From assembly GCA_951406725.2 (NCBI GenBank), contig OX597822.1:34286001-34350000 (forward strand): a stretch of 64,000 nt of DNA, in the 5' to 3' direction. The notes under the pieces were generated by a model. The model ran no database searches. It was not told the DNA's origin and saw nothing but the letters and a program-made list of their open reading frames with translations. Every line of letters begins with the position of its first letter. Position 1 is the stretch's first letter. The translations under genes and the position numbers were made by a program. This document shows, one piece after another, positions 50,776-64,000 of the stretch. Source of the DNA: Octopus vulgaris. Lineage: Eukaryota.

Positions 50776-51127
50776 ACTAATAGTATGCATATGTATATAT
50801 TTATACATAGAACAAAAGAATACGTGTAAATGAACCAATAGCATACAAGTATACGATTACGTAGACACAAATTCTCAATGTACAAAACAGACATCTGCCA
50901 ATATCTAATTAATGCTTTCCTTGAGACGACATTTTATTTGGCATGCCTGAGCGATCTTATACGACTTATTAAGAGTATCTATCAAAAGATTGTACTAAGG
51001 GACTTATTAAAAGGAGGAGAAACTAGACATGACCAGCATAGAAAATATAGAAAATGTGTAAGATCAAAGACCATAGATACTAGTAGGTCAGAGATAGATA
51101 AATAGATAGATAGATAGATAGAAAGAG

Positions 51128-51166
<39 letters not shown>

Positions 51167-51360
51167 GTGAGAGAGAACAACAGCGGAAAGCAATCGGTTT
51201 TGACGAGAGAACTTCGAAATTTGTAAGATGCTTACCATTATTGTTATAAGAGCACCGAGAAGAACAATAAAATAATTACCCCTGAGACGGAAAATAATTA
51301 TATTATTTTTGTTATCATATACCATTATTATATTATTATTATTATTATTATTAATAATAA

Positions 51361-51428
<68 letters not shown>

Positions 51429-51433
51429 TATTA

Positions 51434-51480
<47 letters not shown>

Positions 51481-51566
51481 TATTATTATTATTATTATTA
51501 ATAATTAATGATAATAATAATGATAATAATAATAATGATAATAATAATGATAATAATAATAATAAC

Positions 51567-51603
<37 letters not shown>

Positions 51604-52214
51604 TCATTATTATTAATGCTACATAGAAACTGAGAAGATATAGTTTGCAGAGCTAAATTATGATTCTTTATTCTCAAGACATAACAATATCAAAGTTTTG
51701 GTACAAAGCCTCAAAGTTGAAGCGGAAAAGTCTAGCCAAGGACATAAATTGAATTCCAATACATGAATAAACACTTATGTTAATGATGCTTTAGAGATGA
51801 AAGGCAAAGCCAGCCAACCAATTTGAATTTGGATGGTGCAAAGGGAAAAAGTCATTAAGATTGTATAACATTTTTTATCTCTTTATTATTGTTAGTATTA
51901 TTTTTTTATAAGTGAGTTCCCCATCCCGACCCCCCCCCACCCCGAATTACACCGAATAGGTTACTCGGCTATTGGGGGTTGGGGGGGAATTATTGCTACT
52001 TTGAAATGTTTTCTGTTTTCTTTTGGGGTTTTTTTTTTGAGTTCTGTTTTCATGGCTTTTGTTTTAATCTTTATTGTTTTAGCGATTTTTCTTTTTGATC
52101 GATGTGAGAGACCCCCCCACCTTTTTGAGCATTGCATTTCGTCCTTTGATATTTGCTACAATATCTTGAGCCTTTGTTGTCAGTAATAAAAATCCTCATC
52201 ATCGTCATCGTCAT

Positions 52215-52247
<33 letters not shown>

Positions 52248-52324
52248 AACCACTACCACCGCCGCCGACGCCACCACCACCACCACCACCACCACCACCA
52301 CCACCACCATCGTTGTTATTGTGT

Positions 52325-52490
52325 AAGGCGGCGAGCTGGCAAAATGCTTAGCAGTATTTCGTCTGCCTTTACGTTCTGAATTTAAATTCCGCCGTGGTCA
52401 ACTTTGCCTTTCATCCTTACGGGGTCTATAAAATAAGTACTAGTTGAGCAGTGTAGTCGATGTAATCGACCTTGATCCTTACTCCCACAA
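52325..52490 (+). mobile_element. SINE family A, diverged
   Basis: aaggcggcgagctggca...ctttgcctttcatcc. Confidence 0.7.
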
Positions 52491-52494
52491 TTTC

Positions 52495-52612
52495 TTCCCT
52501 GCTTTTTAATAATTATGACTGGTCGATAAACTTGGATCTTTCTCTCAGTGTTGACTAGAAAATCCCACAAGATAGTGACATTTTTACCTTCAACGACTGG
52601 CTCAGTAAGCAG
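52495..52612 (-). pseudogene. R4/Dong-like endonuclease fragment
   Basis: EPVVEGKNVTILWDFLVNTERKIQVYRPVIIIKK, homologous to 28370-28470. Confidence 0.75.
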
Positions 52613-52651
52613 GAGTGCTGATTTTGCAGTGTTTGCATATTTTCTAACGTA

Positions 52652-52716
<65 letters not shown>

Positions 52717-52717
<1 letters not shown>

Positions 52718-53232
52718 GAGTGAGAGAGCAGTGCATGCCATCAAAGTGACACTGGGGTAAAATATACGAAGCCCAATATACCCATCATGACTACCCGTCT
52801 GATAAAGGTACACCAGGTACATGCATCACAACCATATGTGCGCGACATGGTGATCTCATATCAAGATAAACAGCACATGACCTTGCAGGTGGGGCCCAGT
52901 TAGAAATTTCTTCAGGGTTGTTTAAGGATGTTGAACAAAACACCCATGTTTCCAGAGGTGAATTATTCAAACCCCAAAGAATCCCTCACAACACATGGCT
53001 ATGATGCTCCCCCACTACTTCTGCTCGTGATCAGAGATGCACATATCGTCAGCCACTAAGGGACATGCTCAACTGGTTAAGGTCAAACAACTGACAAGCA
53101 AATCTGTGGTATTGAGCAGAATATTTGCTGTAGCCCATCTTTTATACCAAGGCAAAACAATGTACACGATAACACTTCCAATCAGTTAAGATCAGAAGCC
53201 ATGAGAGCCACTGCCTGGTACTGCATCAGGGC

Positions 53233-53235
<3 letters not shown>
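52717..53235 (-). mobile_element. Non-coding repeat embedded in (TAA)n
   Basis: Homolog of 44652-45112. Confidence 0.75.
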
Positions 53236-53302
<67 letters not shown>

Positions 53303-53303
<1 letters not shown>

Positions 53304-53572
53304 TGTTTGACTTTTGCTTTATATTTGTACAAGTTGGCTCCAAGTCTCGCCCAGAGACCTCAAGAGACAACAGGTTGGAAGTTCGTGTTGTTGTTATGCC
53401 TAGTGTGCCATATATTTGGTTTTGCACTTAGTGCTGTACTAGTGAATGTCAAAAAAAAAAAAACATACGAAAATTATGTTTGTTTTAAAACTTGAGATTA
53501 CATAGAAAGTATTTTGCGTAGGATATGAGCAGTTCCCATGAGCACTATCTTTTGAATTTCTGCCATTTTGGG

Positions 53573-53645
<73 letters not shown>

Positions 53646-53953
53646 TTATTATTTTTATTATTATTATTATTATATGTTTCACTTTTGCTTTGTATTTGTA
53701 CAAGTTGGCTCCAAGTCTCACCCAAAGACCTCAAGAAACAACAGGTTATATGTTCATGTTGTTCAAGTTGGTGTTATGCCTAGGGTGTCATATATTCAGT
53801 TTTGCACATAGTATTGTTCTAAAGAATATTTAAAAAAAACATAAGACAATTATGAGTCTGTTTTAAAATTTGAGATTACATAGACTGTATTTTACGTAGG
53901 ATATGGGCAGCTCCCATGAGCACTATCTTTTGAATTTCTGCCAATTTGGTGTT
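53303..53953 (-). mobile_element. Two tandem 3' ends of an R4/Dong-like element separated by (TAA)n
   Basis: Each encodes PKMAEIQKIVLMGTAHILRKILSM-like C-terminus plus a shared 3' UTR (53303-53573, 53675-53953). Confidence 0.8.
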
Positions 53954-53958
53954 TCCTT

Positions 53959-54060
<102 letters not shown>

Positions 54061-54298
54061 GTTATTGTTATTATTATTATTATCATTATTATTATTATTA
54101 TTATCCTTCTCCTCCTCCTCCTCCTCCTTCTTCTTCTTCTTATTATTATTATTATTATGCAGTCCGTGCGTATCACTTAGGTTGACGAGGGAAGGATGAA
54201 CTCCCTTTGCAAATACCGATAGAGCACAGAAATTGTGCATATAGCCAGCTGGAGGAGATGTTCTCCTGGGGCTACAAGCTACAGTAACACCAACCCTT

Positions 54299-54363
54299 AG
54301 TAGTTAGCCATATTGAGATGGCAAATATATACCTCACATTGTCGTGCAGCTACTGTTTATACC
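54299..54363 (-). ncRNA. Candidate HDV-like ribozyme at the edge of a (TAA)n-embedded insert
   Basis: P1 GGUAUA/UAUAUU, P2 AGUAG/CUACU, P4 CCAU/AUGG followed by C-UAA; P3/L3 are irregular. Confidence 0.35.
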
Positions 54364-54393
54364 TCGTTCAGAGATTTATTATTATTCTTCTTC

Positions 54394-54470
<77 letters not shown>

Positions 54471-54652
54471 TAGTCTTTCTTTCTATTGTGCGCTTTCACT
54501 GTGCGCCTTGAGAGTATGCCCTGGTTGTTTTGTTCTTATTTTTACTATATTTGATGTGCTCTACTTAGGATTTGTGCGATGCGCCAAGCAATCCTATTTT
54601 CTGTATGTTATATATATTCATATGTTCCGAGGTTTTGCTCATGCATTTGTCC

Positions 54653-54723
<71 letters not shown>

Positions 54724-55143
54724 CTAGTCACTTCGTCACTTTTGATAATAACATTTGTTGAATTGCAGCCTCTCCAAAAGAACAAAATTGACAAAAGCAG
54801 CAGCCATTGCTTTTTCTTTTCTAAGAAATTGCAAATCAACAATAGTGACATGAAAGGAAGTCGTTGCCACTGGAAAATATCTCATACATTAGCTTTTGAC
54901 CGAATAATAGCAAATATCTTACAGACGGTGTTCGCTATACTCCAGTGAGATTTCTAGAAGGTTTAAAGTCAAGCGACTCAACTATTGTATATACTTATAC
55001 ATATATCCTTTGTATTGATATCTTTTATTGATGTTGGTGAAATAAAAGAGTAAAACTTTGAACGTGATATATCATCGTTATATCTTTGATTTCGTGAATT
55101 TGCAGCGTGAGTTATCATTATAACGAAATTCCCATGCTCTTAG

Positions 55144-55224
<81 letters not shown>

Positions 55225-55229
<5 letters not shown>

Positions 55230-56040
55230 TTCAAATTTACAAAGTACAAAAGACCAAGTCAGATGTAGGAATAACAAGCAAGTGTAGTAGTTTAACGTTC
55301 GGGAAAAATGAAGAAGTCTTTTACGTCTCGAGCCTACCCTCTTCGGCAGAAAGGAATGAGGAAAAAAATGAAGAGAGAACGAAAAAAGAGAAAAAAAGGG
55401 AGAACAAAAAGAACTGTGTAGAGTTCAGCAGTCCAGCATGGTGGGATGACTAGAAAAGAAGAGGTTGAATGGAAGGGAGGTAATAATGGTCACCCCAACG
55501 AACTAAGGTGCACAAGCGCGTGTATGTGAGAATGGTGTGTGTGAGTGTTTATATGTGAATGGGGTGAATGAGTTTTACGTGTGTGTGTGTGTGTGTTGTG
55601 TGTAGCAGTTGATGTGTGCTTTTTCTAGTGGTGTGCGCATATGTGTATGTGTGTGTCTGTGACCAAATAGTGTGCATGTGTATAGTGTATGTTTGTGCGT
55701 GAAAGCTATCTCTGTCTATGCGTGTTGCGTGTGTTTATGCGTATTCCATGTGTGAGTATATATTGTGTGTTCGTGTTTTATGTGCTTGTGTGGGTGTGGG
55801 AGTGTGCATCATGGTGTATGGTGCGTGTAGTGAGTTAAACAGTGTGTGTGGCTGCTCGTATATTGGTGGCTGGTGACGCTGTTGAAAATTGTGTGTAGGT
55901 GTGTGGATAATGGTGTGTGATGTGGCTGTTGAGAAGTGGTCGGTGCTAGTGTGTGTGGAGTGGGTAGGTGTGGGATATAATTTGCTGCTTCTATTGCTGC
56001 TCTGGCGGGTTTCCCTGCAAAGTACCATCTGGACGAACAC
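55225..56040 (-). mobile_element. Old PLE-like 3' region with a hammerhead-like remnant (55318-55353)
   Basis: 55225-55380 is homologous to 2931-3088; a (GT)-rich UTR follows. Confidence 0.5.
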
Positions 56041-56642
56041 TAAAAAATTAAAGAGAACTAATTAAAAAAAAGTTTTAAAAATACGCCAGATTCTTTATTG
56101 AGAGTGAAAGAGTAGAAATGCCTCAATCGATAAATTTGCTGAGTAATGATTTCATCCGTTCTTGGAAGGACATGAGGCAACGTCGACTTCGGCGTGATTT
56201 GAACTGAAAAACATCACGGTCCATAAAGAGAAGTAAACGTCGAAAGACATTTTATCCAAAAACTCTACAATTCTTTCAATCCAACGCCCCCGTTATTTGA
56301 AACAATTACCAGAAATGGCGAATATAGCATTGAAAATGATGGACATGGCATCTAAATTCGAACTTGATACAATATTTCATAGATTCTATCATCACAGATG
56401 ACTGTCATAAAAGCACGAAGCTTGTCATACGATTTACGCACGCCTGTCTCAATGACTTAGTGAAACATGTTTACATAATTTTATCTGTTGATTTTCTTTC
56501 TTTTAGGTCTGCTCTGTTTCTTCCTTTCTTCCTTCTTTTCATTCTTTCTTTCTTTCTTTTTTCTTTCTCGTTTTCTGTAATTCCGTCATACGTAATCACA
56601 TACGCATACGCATGCACACACAGACACACATATATTATATTG

Positions 56643-56707
<65 letters not shown>

Positions 56708-56755
56708 TATATATAAATATATTTGAGTGTATATGCATGCATGGATGTATGCAAG

Positions 56756-56818
<63 letters not shown>

Positions 56819-56945
56819 TATATGCATGTATATATACGCACATATATATGCATACATATATGCATGTATTTATATATGCGTAAATATGAATATATATATG
56901 TATATTTATATTCATATATGTATGTAGTATGTATGTATGCATATA

Positions 56946-57034
<89 letters not shown>

Positions 57035-57389
57035 CGCACGCACACGTTAGAACACAGACGCATTCTCATATAAATAAAGTAATTATAAATAACATCCGTA
57101 TTACGGTAATATCATAGACAGTGTATATATCATCATCATCACTCCTACCAGCAGCACTGTACCCATCTCCACCACTACCACCACTGACACTATCATCGTT
57201 ACCATCGTCATCCTCATCATCGTCGTCATCATCATCATCATCATCATCATCATCGTCATCATCGTCATTCATATTTCCATCGATCATCCACAGTACAAAA
57301 TTGCCAATGAATACTTTTCCATTAGCTGATTTACTACGTGAAGTAGATGACGTCAAACTGGTGTTCAAGCAAGTAATAGTGGTATCAGT

Positions 57390-57444
57390 GGTAGTAATCG
57401 TATTATTAGTAGTGGTACTACTATTGTTGCTGCTGCTGCTACTA

Positions 57445-57493
<49 letters not shown>

Positions 57494-57506
57494 TACCACC
57501 ACCACC

Positions 57507-57569
<63 letters not shown>

Positions 57570-57680
57570 ACTACTACTACAACAACACTACTACTACTAC
57601 TACTACTACTACTAACACCACCACCACCACCACCACCACCGCCACTACTACTACTACTAATAATAATAATGCTGCTGCTG

Positions 57681-57723
<43 letters not shown>

Positions 57724-57785
57724 AATTACTACTACTACTACTGCTGCTGCTACTAACAATAATGATAACAATACCATCACTCATA
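57390..57785. repeat. Compound (TAC/CAC/TGC)n microsatellite
   Basis: Directly visible. Confidence 0.9.
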
Positions 57786-58173
57786 AAGATAATTCAATAT
57801 AATGAAATGATTGTATAAACATCGTACATATTTATTTTGATTTTATATTATAACAAGAACAACACTGAATACACAACGGTAAGAAACGGGATATGATTAT
57901 GATGATGATGATGAGAATAATAACCTTTTCTACTATAAGTGGAAATTCTGGGGATGGGGAGGTGGGGGATAATCGATTGCATCAACTGTTTACTTATATT
58001 ATTGACCCCGAATTAATGAAATGCAGAGTTGACCTCGCTGGCATTTGACCTCAGAACCTAAAGACGGACGAAATACTACTACTACTACTACTACTGATGA
58101 TGATGACGATGACGATGATGGTAATATTAATAATAATGATAATAATAATAATGATAATAATAATAATAATAAC

Positions 58174-58209
<36 letters not shown>

Positions 58210-58210
<1 letters not shown>

Positions 58211-59080
58211 TTCTGTTCTGCCTCGCTGCTTCCCCATTATCCACGCAACTGAATAATGCTAAGAGAAGGTATAAGATCTTTGACCAGAAAATTAATCATC
58301 TACTCTATATGGATGATCTAAAACCGTTTGCCAAAAACGACAAAGAATTAGGACTCCTCAATATTGTCAAATAAATCAGCTCTGATACAGGTATGGAATT
58401 TGGACTTGATAAATGTGCAAAGGCTACTTTCAAGGCAAGGAAGTTCATAAAGGCGGAAAACATAAAACCCGATACTACCACAGCTATTCAAAACCTGGAA
58501 GCACTTCGTCAGTTACGACGACGAGGGTTCCGGTTGATCCGAATCAACGGAACAGCCTGCTCGTGAAATTAACGTGTAAGTGGCTGAGCACTCCACAGAC
58601 ACGTGTACCCTTAACGTAGTTCTCGGGGATATTCAGCGTGACACAGAGAGTGACAAGGCCGGCCCTTTGAAATACAGGTACATCAGAAACAGGAAGTAAC
58701 AGTGAGAGAAAGTTGTGGTGAAAGAGTACAGCAGGGATCACCACCCCGCTGCCGGAGCTTCGTGGAACTTTAGGTGTTTCGCTCAATAAACACTCACAAC
58801 GCCCGGTCTGGGAATCGAAACCGTGATCCTACGACCGCGAGTCCGCTGCCCTAACCACTGGGCCATTGCGCCTCCACATTCAAAACCTAGACAAATCAGA
58901 AGTATACAAATATCTGGGGATTAATGAAGGTGATGGTATCCAGCACTCTAAAATGAAAGAAAAAATCTACAAGGAATGCTACCGAATAGTAAGAATGGTT
59001 CTAAATTCAGAATTAAATGCTGCTAACAGAATTAATGAGATCAATTCTTTGGCCATAGCAATAACCACATATAGCTTCCG
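58210..59080 (+). pseudogene. R4/Dong-like RT fragment interrupted by a SINE
   Basis: INHLLYMDDLK, GMEFGLDKCAK, YKYLGINE, ELNAANR; starts at (TAA)n. Confidence 0.85.
58497..58877 (-). mobile_element. SINE family C, long-tail subtype
   Basis: 11-bp TSD attcaaaacct (58486-58496, 58878-58888). Confidence 0.92.
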
Positions 59081-59086
59081 TATCAA

Positions 59087-59316
59087 TTTCTTTATTGCCC
59101 ACAGGGGGCTAAACATAGAGGGGACAAACAAGGACAGACAAAGGGATTAAGTCAATTACATCGACCAAGTGCGTAACTGGTACTTATTTAATCGACCCTG
59201 AAAGGATGAAAGGCAAAGTCGACCTCGGCGGAATTTGAACTCAGAACGTAGCGGCAGACGAAATACGGCTACACATTTCGCCTGGCGTGCTAACGGTTCT
59301 GCCAGCTCGCCGCCTT
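59087..59316 (-). mobile_element. SINE family A monomer
   Basis: Full reverse match to family A. Confidence 0.88.
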
Positions 59317-61685
59317 GGATCTCACTGACATACAGATCGAATTAGTGAGATATAGAGTCTTCCTTGAGCCTGAAAGTCGAAGTCTATCTTGATTTTGACG
59401 GTGTTTACATGAACAGGAACACGAGACCTTCCGTTGAGCGCGAAGCAAGTCCAATGACAAAATATAACAGTGATTAGTGTTTTCACGTTTGAATATACCG
59501 GAACGTATAAAGAATGAACATGTAAGCTATCGTTCTAATTCTCGATGCTCAGAATGCACACTGCGGCTTATTATCGTTTGGCAGATACCAGCATACATCA
59601 AGAAATAATTTGCCTGCCGAAGTTATAAACAAGAGTCTCAAACTCTTAGTAGTGTTAACCCCTGCCTCCCAGCTGCCTCTCTGTATCCATGTCTCTTTAC
59701 GGAGCCTCCAAGGCTGATGGAAAGGAAGGCGGGAAGGAGGAAGTATCCTGAAGTCGGTGTTCTTGTCTTATGAACTGAGACGTTCCAACCATGACCCCCC
59801 TGTATTTTTGATCAGTGACTGCATTGTTAAATATATGTCTTTATCTAAAACGGAGGATTATGATTTTAGTCAGGGAATAGTGATCTCATTCATTACTCGG
59901 TGTGATACGATCTCCCTTCACAGGAATCATATCCTCTGTTGGATTTTGACAACAATGGCCGTTATGGACCTCTGAACCCCAATGATGGGCAAATAGATTC
60001 ACTACCTTGTTAGAAAAAACGCAAGCTGGTGACCCCTAAATGTTTGTGACAGAGCAGATTCCGCTCAAAGTACCTAAGATAAGGTGCCGACTGATGGTTT
60101 GGTAACATCAGCTGGCATCAAAGTTATGAGCTCAAATCTTGCCATGGCCTACTACTCAATGACAACAGAGCAGCAACAACTGCAGCAACAGCAAAATCAG
60201 CAATAGCAGTGGCAGCAGTGGTAGCAGTATTTTGCTTGTCATATTGAAAAATTTCAGTTTCAATCTGCATCGTCATGGTTATGATGAAAAGGAAGTTATT
60301 TTAAATATTCTGAATTTCATCTCGGTCGATCAAATATCATATCAACGCAGTAAATAAATTTCGTTGTCCATCTGTGAAATGTCCAACGGATAGGTGAGAA
60401 AAAAAAAAGCGACTGTTACTTTTCGAAGTTGAGGTCTGGCAATCACACAGGCCTGCAATTACTTAGCACAGGGAAAGTAGGTGGGGTTTGTTGGCAAACA
60501 CGATTCTGGTGTCTGAATTAGAAATTGACAGATATACATGTACAAAATGTTATGTTTTAAACAGCCAAGCTAGTTTAGAGGCGTCTGTTGAAAATATTTC
60601 AAACATTCATTCAATATACATTAAGTCAATTTCTAAAGTTTTTCAAATGCAAATGTAACTATAAATATAAAACTGTGAGGTATAATTTGTTGACAGATTT
60701 GTATTTGCAAAAAAAAAAACCCATTTATTTCAAAGCTTTCATTAATTCAGATAAACAAACCAGACCAAAACATATTAAATCAGTGTCTGGGAATATGTAT
60801 CAAAATAATATCATATAATTTTTGAATAAAAGACTCATGTTTAAACTAAAACAAATTACAATAAACATGTTTTCTATAGTATTTTGAAATAGCAGTTAGT
60901 GATTGGAATTGTTATTTCTCTTTAAAATTTCGCATGCTTTTTCATCTATCTTAAAAGTTCAGTAACATGTTATTCTATTTGTTTAGATGTAATATAACTT
61001 CAAAACTTTAAACCGTTCAAATACATTTACGAAACTCTTAAATAGTTTTCTAAAGTTAACATTAAAACCTTTTCTTTTCTTTTCTTTTATTCTGAAGCAA
61101 AGACAAGACTCAATAAAAGGGTTAATAGCAGGGAGATCAATCTAACATCGCAATCGTTTGTAACTGTATCCAAAGGCTGTCCCAAACTGTTTCCAGTGCT
61201 TTGTACAAAATATGGCGAATGACTAAAATATTTCGTTTTAATGAATGACGATTACAGACTAGATGAACAAAACAATGACAATTGCTTTGAATTATAAGTG
61301 ACTTCTCATGGCATATGAAATTTCCAATGAAGCTTTTATACGCCTGAGCTAAAGGTTCTTGAATGGCGATATAATTTAAAGAGACAGGGAGGTGGGTTTA
61401 AAACAATAACGGTTTAAAATAAAACAAACGTTGAGGTTAACTTTACTATTCATCAGAAGTTTTAACGGGAAAACGCAACACCACTCTAATCGAACATAAA
61501 ACTTCTCTGTATCGTTCAAATTTTAGTAAATGTACTACGAAAACAAGGATTCTCATCACAGTGGGCGGTGCAGATCGATACTAGAGATTTGAGCTAAATG
61601 TATCGTAGTAATTGTTTTAAAGCAGAAAATTGGCGGCAGAATTAGATTCGTTCTGACTTTCTTCACTGTGAGTTCAATTCTCATC

Positions 61686-61721
<36 letters not shown>

Positions 61722-62007
61722 TGCATGAAAACCAAGGTGTTTATTTATCGACTACGATATGAAGAAACATAAAATTGACCTCGAAGAGACTTGAACTCAG
61801 AATGAAGGTAGTCGGAACACATATCAAAACCAAATGTATTTGAGGCATTAACGAGTCTGCCATTCTCAAAACTGATAAATAGAAGAGAGAAAATAGTTCC
61901 AAGTAGAAAAAGTCTCTTTTTCAGTTCATCCAAATATTTTATAATGGCTCAAGTGTGAATGTTATAACCCCAGAATAAATTTGCATTCGGGTTATAACTG
62001 CATATGA

Positions 62008-62081
<74 letters not shown>

Positions 62082-62083
<2 letters not shown>

Positions 62084-62494
62084 TCTTTACTCTTTTACTC
62101 TTTTACTTGTTTCAGTCATTTGACTGCGGCCATGCTGGAGCACCGCCTTTAATCGAGCAACTCGATCCCGGGACTTATTCTTTTGTAAGCCCAGTACTTA
62201 TTTTATCGGTCTCTTTTGCCGAACCGCTAAGTAACGGGGACATAAACACACCAGCATCGGTTGTCAAGCAATGCTAGGGGGACAAATACAGACACACAAA
62301 CACACACACGCATATATATATACATATATACGACGGGCTTCTTTCAGTTTCCGTCTACCAAATCCACTCACAAGGCTTTGGTCGGCCCGAGGCTATAGCA
62401 GAATACACTTGCCCAAGATGCCACGCAGTGGGACTGAACCCGGGACCATGTGGTTGGTAAACAAGCTACTTACCACACAGCCACTCCTGCGCCT
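62082..62494 (-). mobile_element. SINE family B
   Basis: Full-length reverse match. Confidence 0.88.
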
Positions 62495-63149
62495 ATAAAT
62501 AGTAAATCCCCCCAAAACGAACAACAAACAAAAAATCAACAACGCGTGGACGTGGTACATGCAAAGTATTAGCAGACGCTTAGGGAAAGAAAGAAAGGTA
62601 GTTTTCACATTTTGAGCTCTTCGTCAGACACAGGAGACGGAGGAAAGTCCAAGAGAAAAGGAAGACGGGGGACACAATCGCCTACGATCCACATGGGGTG
62701 CAGTGAACTTGTCGTGAGGAGTGGAATATCCAACGTTTCGGATTCAATCCTTCGTCAGGGATCAGAGAAAAAGGGAAGGAAAGAGAGAAAGTCAAAATGA
62801 TTTTACATCCTCTCAGCTTGAAAAACTGGCTGCAACTGATAATGGACGCATAATAAGTACTGCTAACGTGAAGCAGAAATTACAGGAGATGACGTGCAGA
62901 AAAGAGAAAGAAAAGGGTGATGGAGAGAGTAGAGATAAGTAAATATGGAAATGTTGCAGAGGGAGAGAGAGTAGAAGGAGGATTAAAAAGTTTAAAAAAT
63001 AGTTATGAGGATGTGAAACGATGAAAGGAAAAACGTTCATTCATACATGTCGGGGACATAATGCCAAGATCAAATATGAGACGTTGCTCCTTTCGTTTCC
63101 TAGAGAAGGGGAAGCTGTGATGCAAGGCCATGCCACACACTAATAAATC

Positions 63150-63199
<50 letters not shown>

Positions 63200-63204
63200 C
63201 ATAT

Positions 63205-63303
<99 letters not shown>

Positions 63304-63306
63304 TAC

Positions 63307-63404
<98 letters not shown>

Positions 63405-63408
63405 ATAC

Positions 63409-63497
<89 letters not shown>

Positions 63498-63510
63498 CAT
63501 ACATATATAC

Positions 63511-63560
<50 letters not shown>

Positions 63561-63565
<5 letters not shown>

Positions 63566-64000
63566 AGCAATTAAGGACAACTACTTAATAAGGAAAACTT
63601 AACAAGAAATTGTCAGGTAGATAGCGTAAAAACCTCATAAGAGAAAAAATTTCGAAAATAATTATTTCTTATTGAACATATTAATTTATATATAGAGGGC
63701 ATTATACATACATGCCAGAAGGCATTATATATACATGCCAAACGCTAAGAGGGACAATTAGTCATTTCTACCAAAAATATTACTAATCCCACCGAATGCA
63801 ATTTTTCAAAGTAAGACATTTAAAAAATATAGACCTGTATCACAGTGATTTCATACTTACGTACTCATCAGCAGGCCTGAATGCATTATAAATAAACAAC
63901 GACCCTGCCCCGCTTAAGTCGATCAGCTAACTGCTCAACATCAACGAAGCACATGGGTGAGTTTACATATATTACATCCGGATAAATGGCAAACTTTTAC
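63561..64000 (-). mobile_element. PLE 3'-terminal region abutting (TA)n, probably continuing past the window
   Basis: Hammerhead about 270 bp inside a block that ends at a long TA tract. Confidence 0.55.
63831..63878 (-). ncRNA. Type I hammerhead ribozyme
   Basis: aggccug-CUGAUGA-guac(guaa)guau-GAAA-ucac(u)guga-UA-caggucu. Confidence 0.85.

Noticed and set aside
59340-60150. Higher-complexity block, possibly coding
   Set aside because: No sustained frame or motif identified; left unannotated.

Overview
AT-rich eukaryotic DNA made almost entirely of repeats. The SINE families and the dense (TA)n/(TAA)n microsatellites suggest an octopus or other cephalopod genome (inference). I could not support any host protein-coding gene; most ORFs in the track are microsatellite translations. 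The main feature is an apparently intact Penelope-like retroelement (PLE; RT plus C-terminal GIY-YIG, ORF 8963-12136). It is bracketed by a near-perfect 1.26-kb inverted duplication of its own 3' end. The same fold-back architecture recurs in two other PLE copies (33360-34640, 46903-49780) and in two short hairpins, all at (TA)n tracts. PLE 3' ends carry hand-foldable type I hammerhead ribozymes: four convincing ones and several with an atypical 8-nt core strand. Also present are R4/Dong-like fragments in (TAA)n with a candidate HDV-like ribozyme, RTE, CR1 and Tx1 LINE fragments, a solo LTR, two MITEs, Tc1/mariner remnants and a possible decayed DIRS. Three tRNA-derived SINE families occur, and one forms multimers through one fixed junction.
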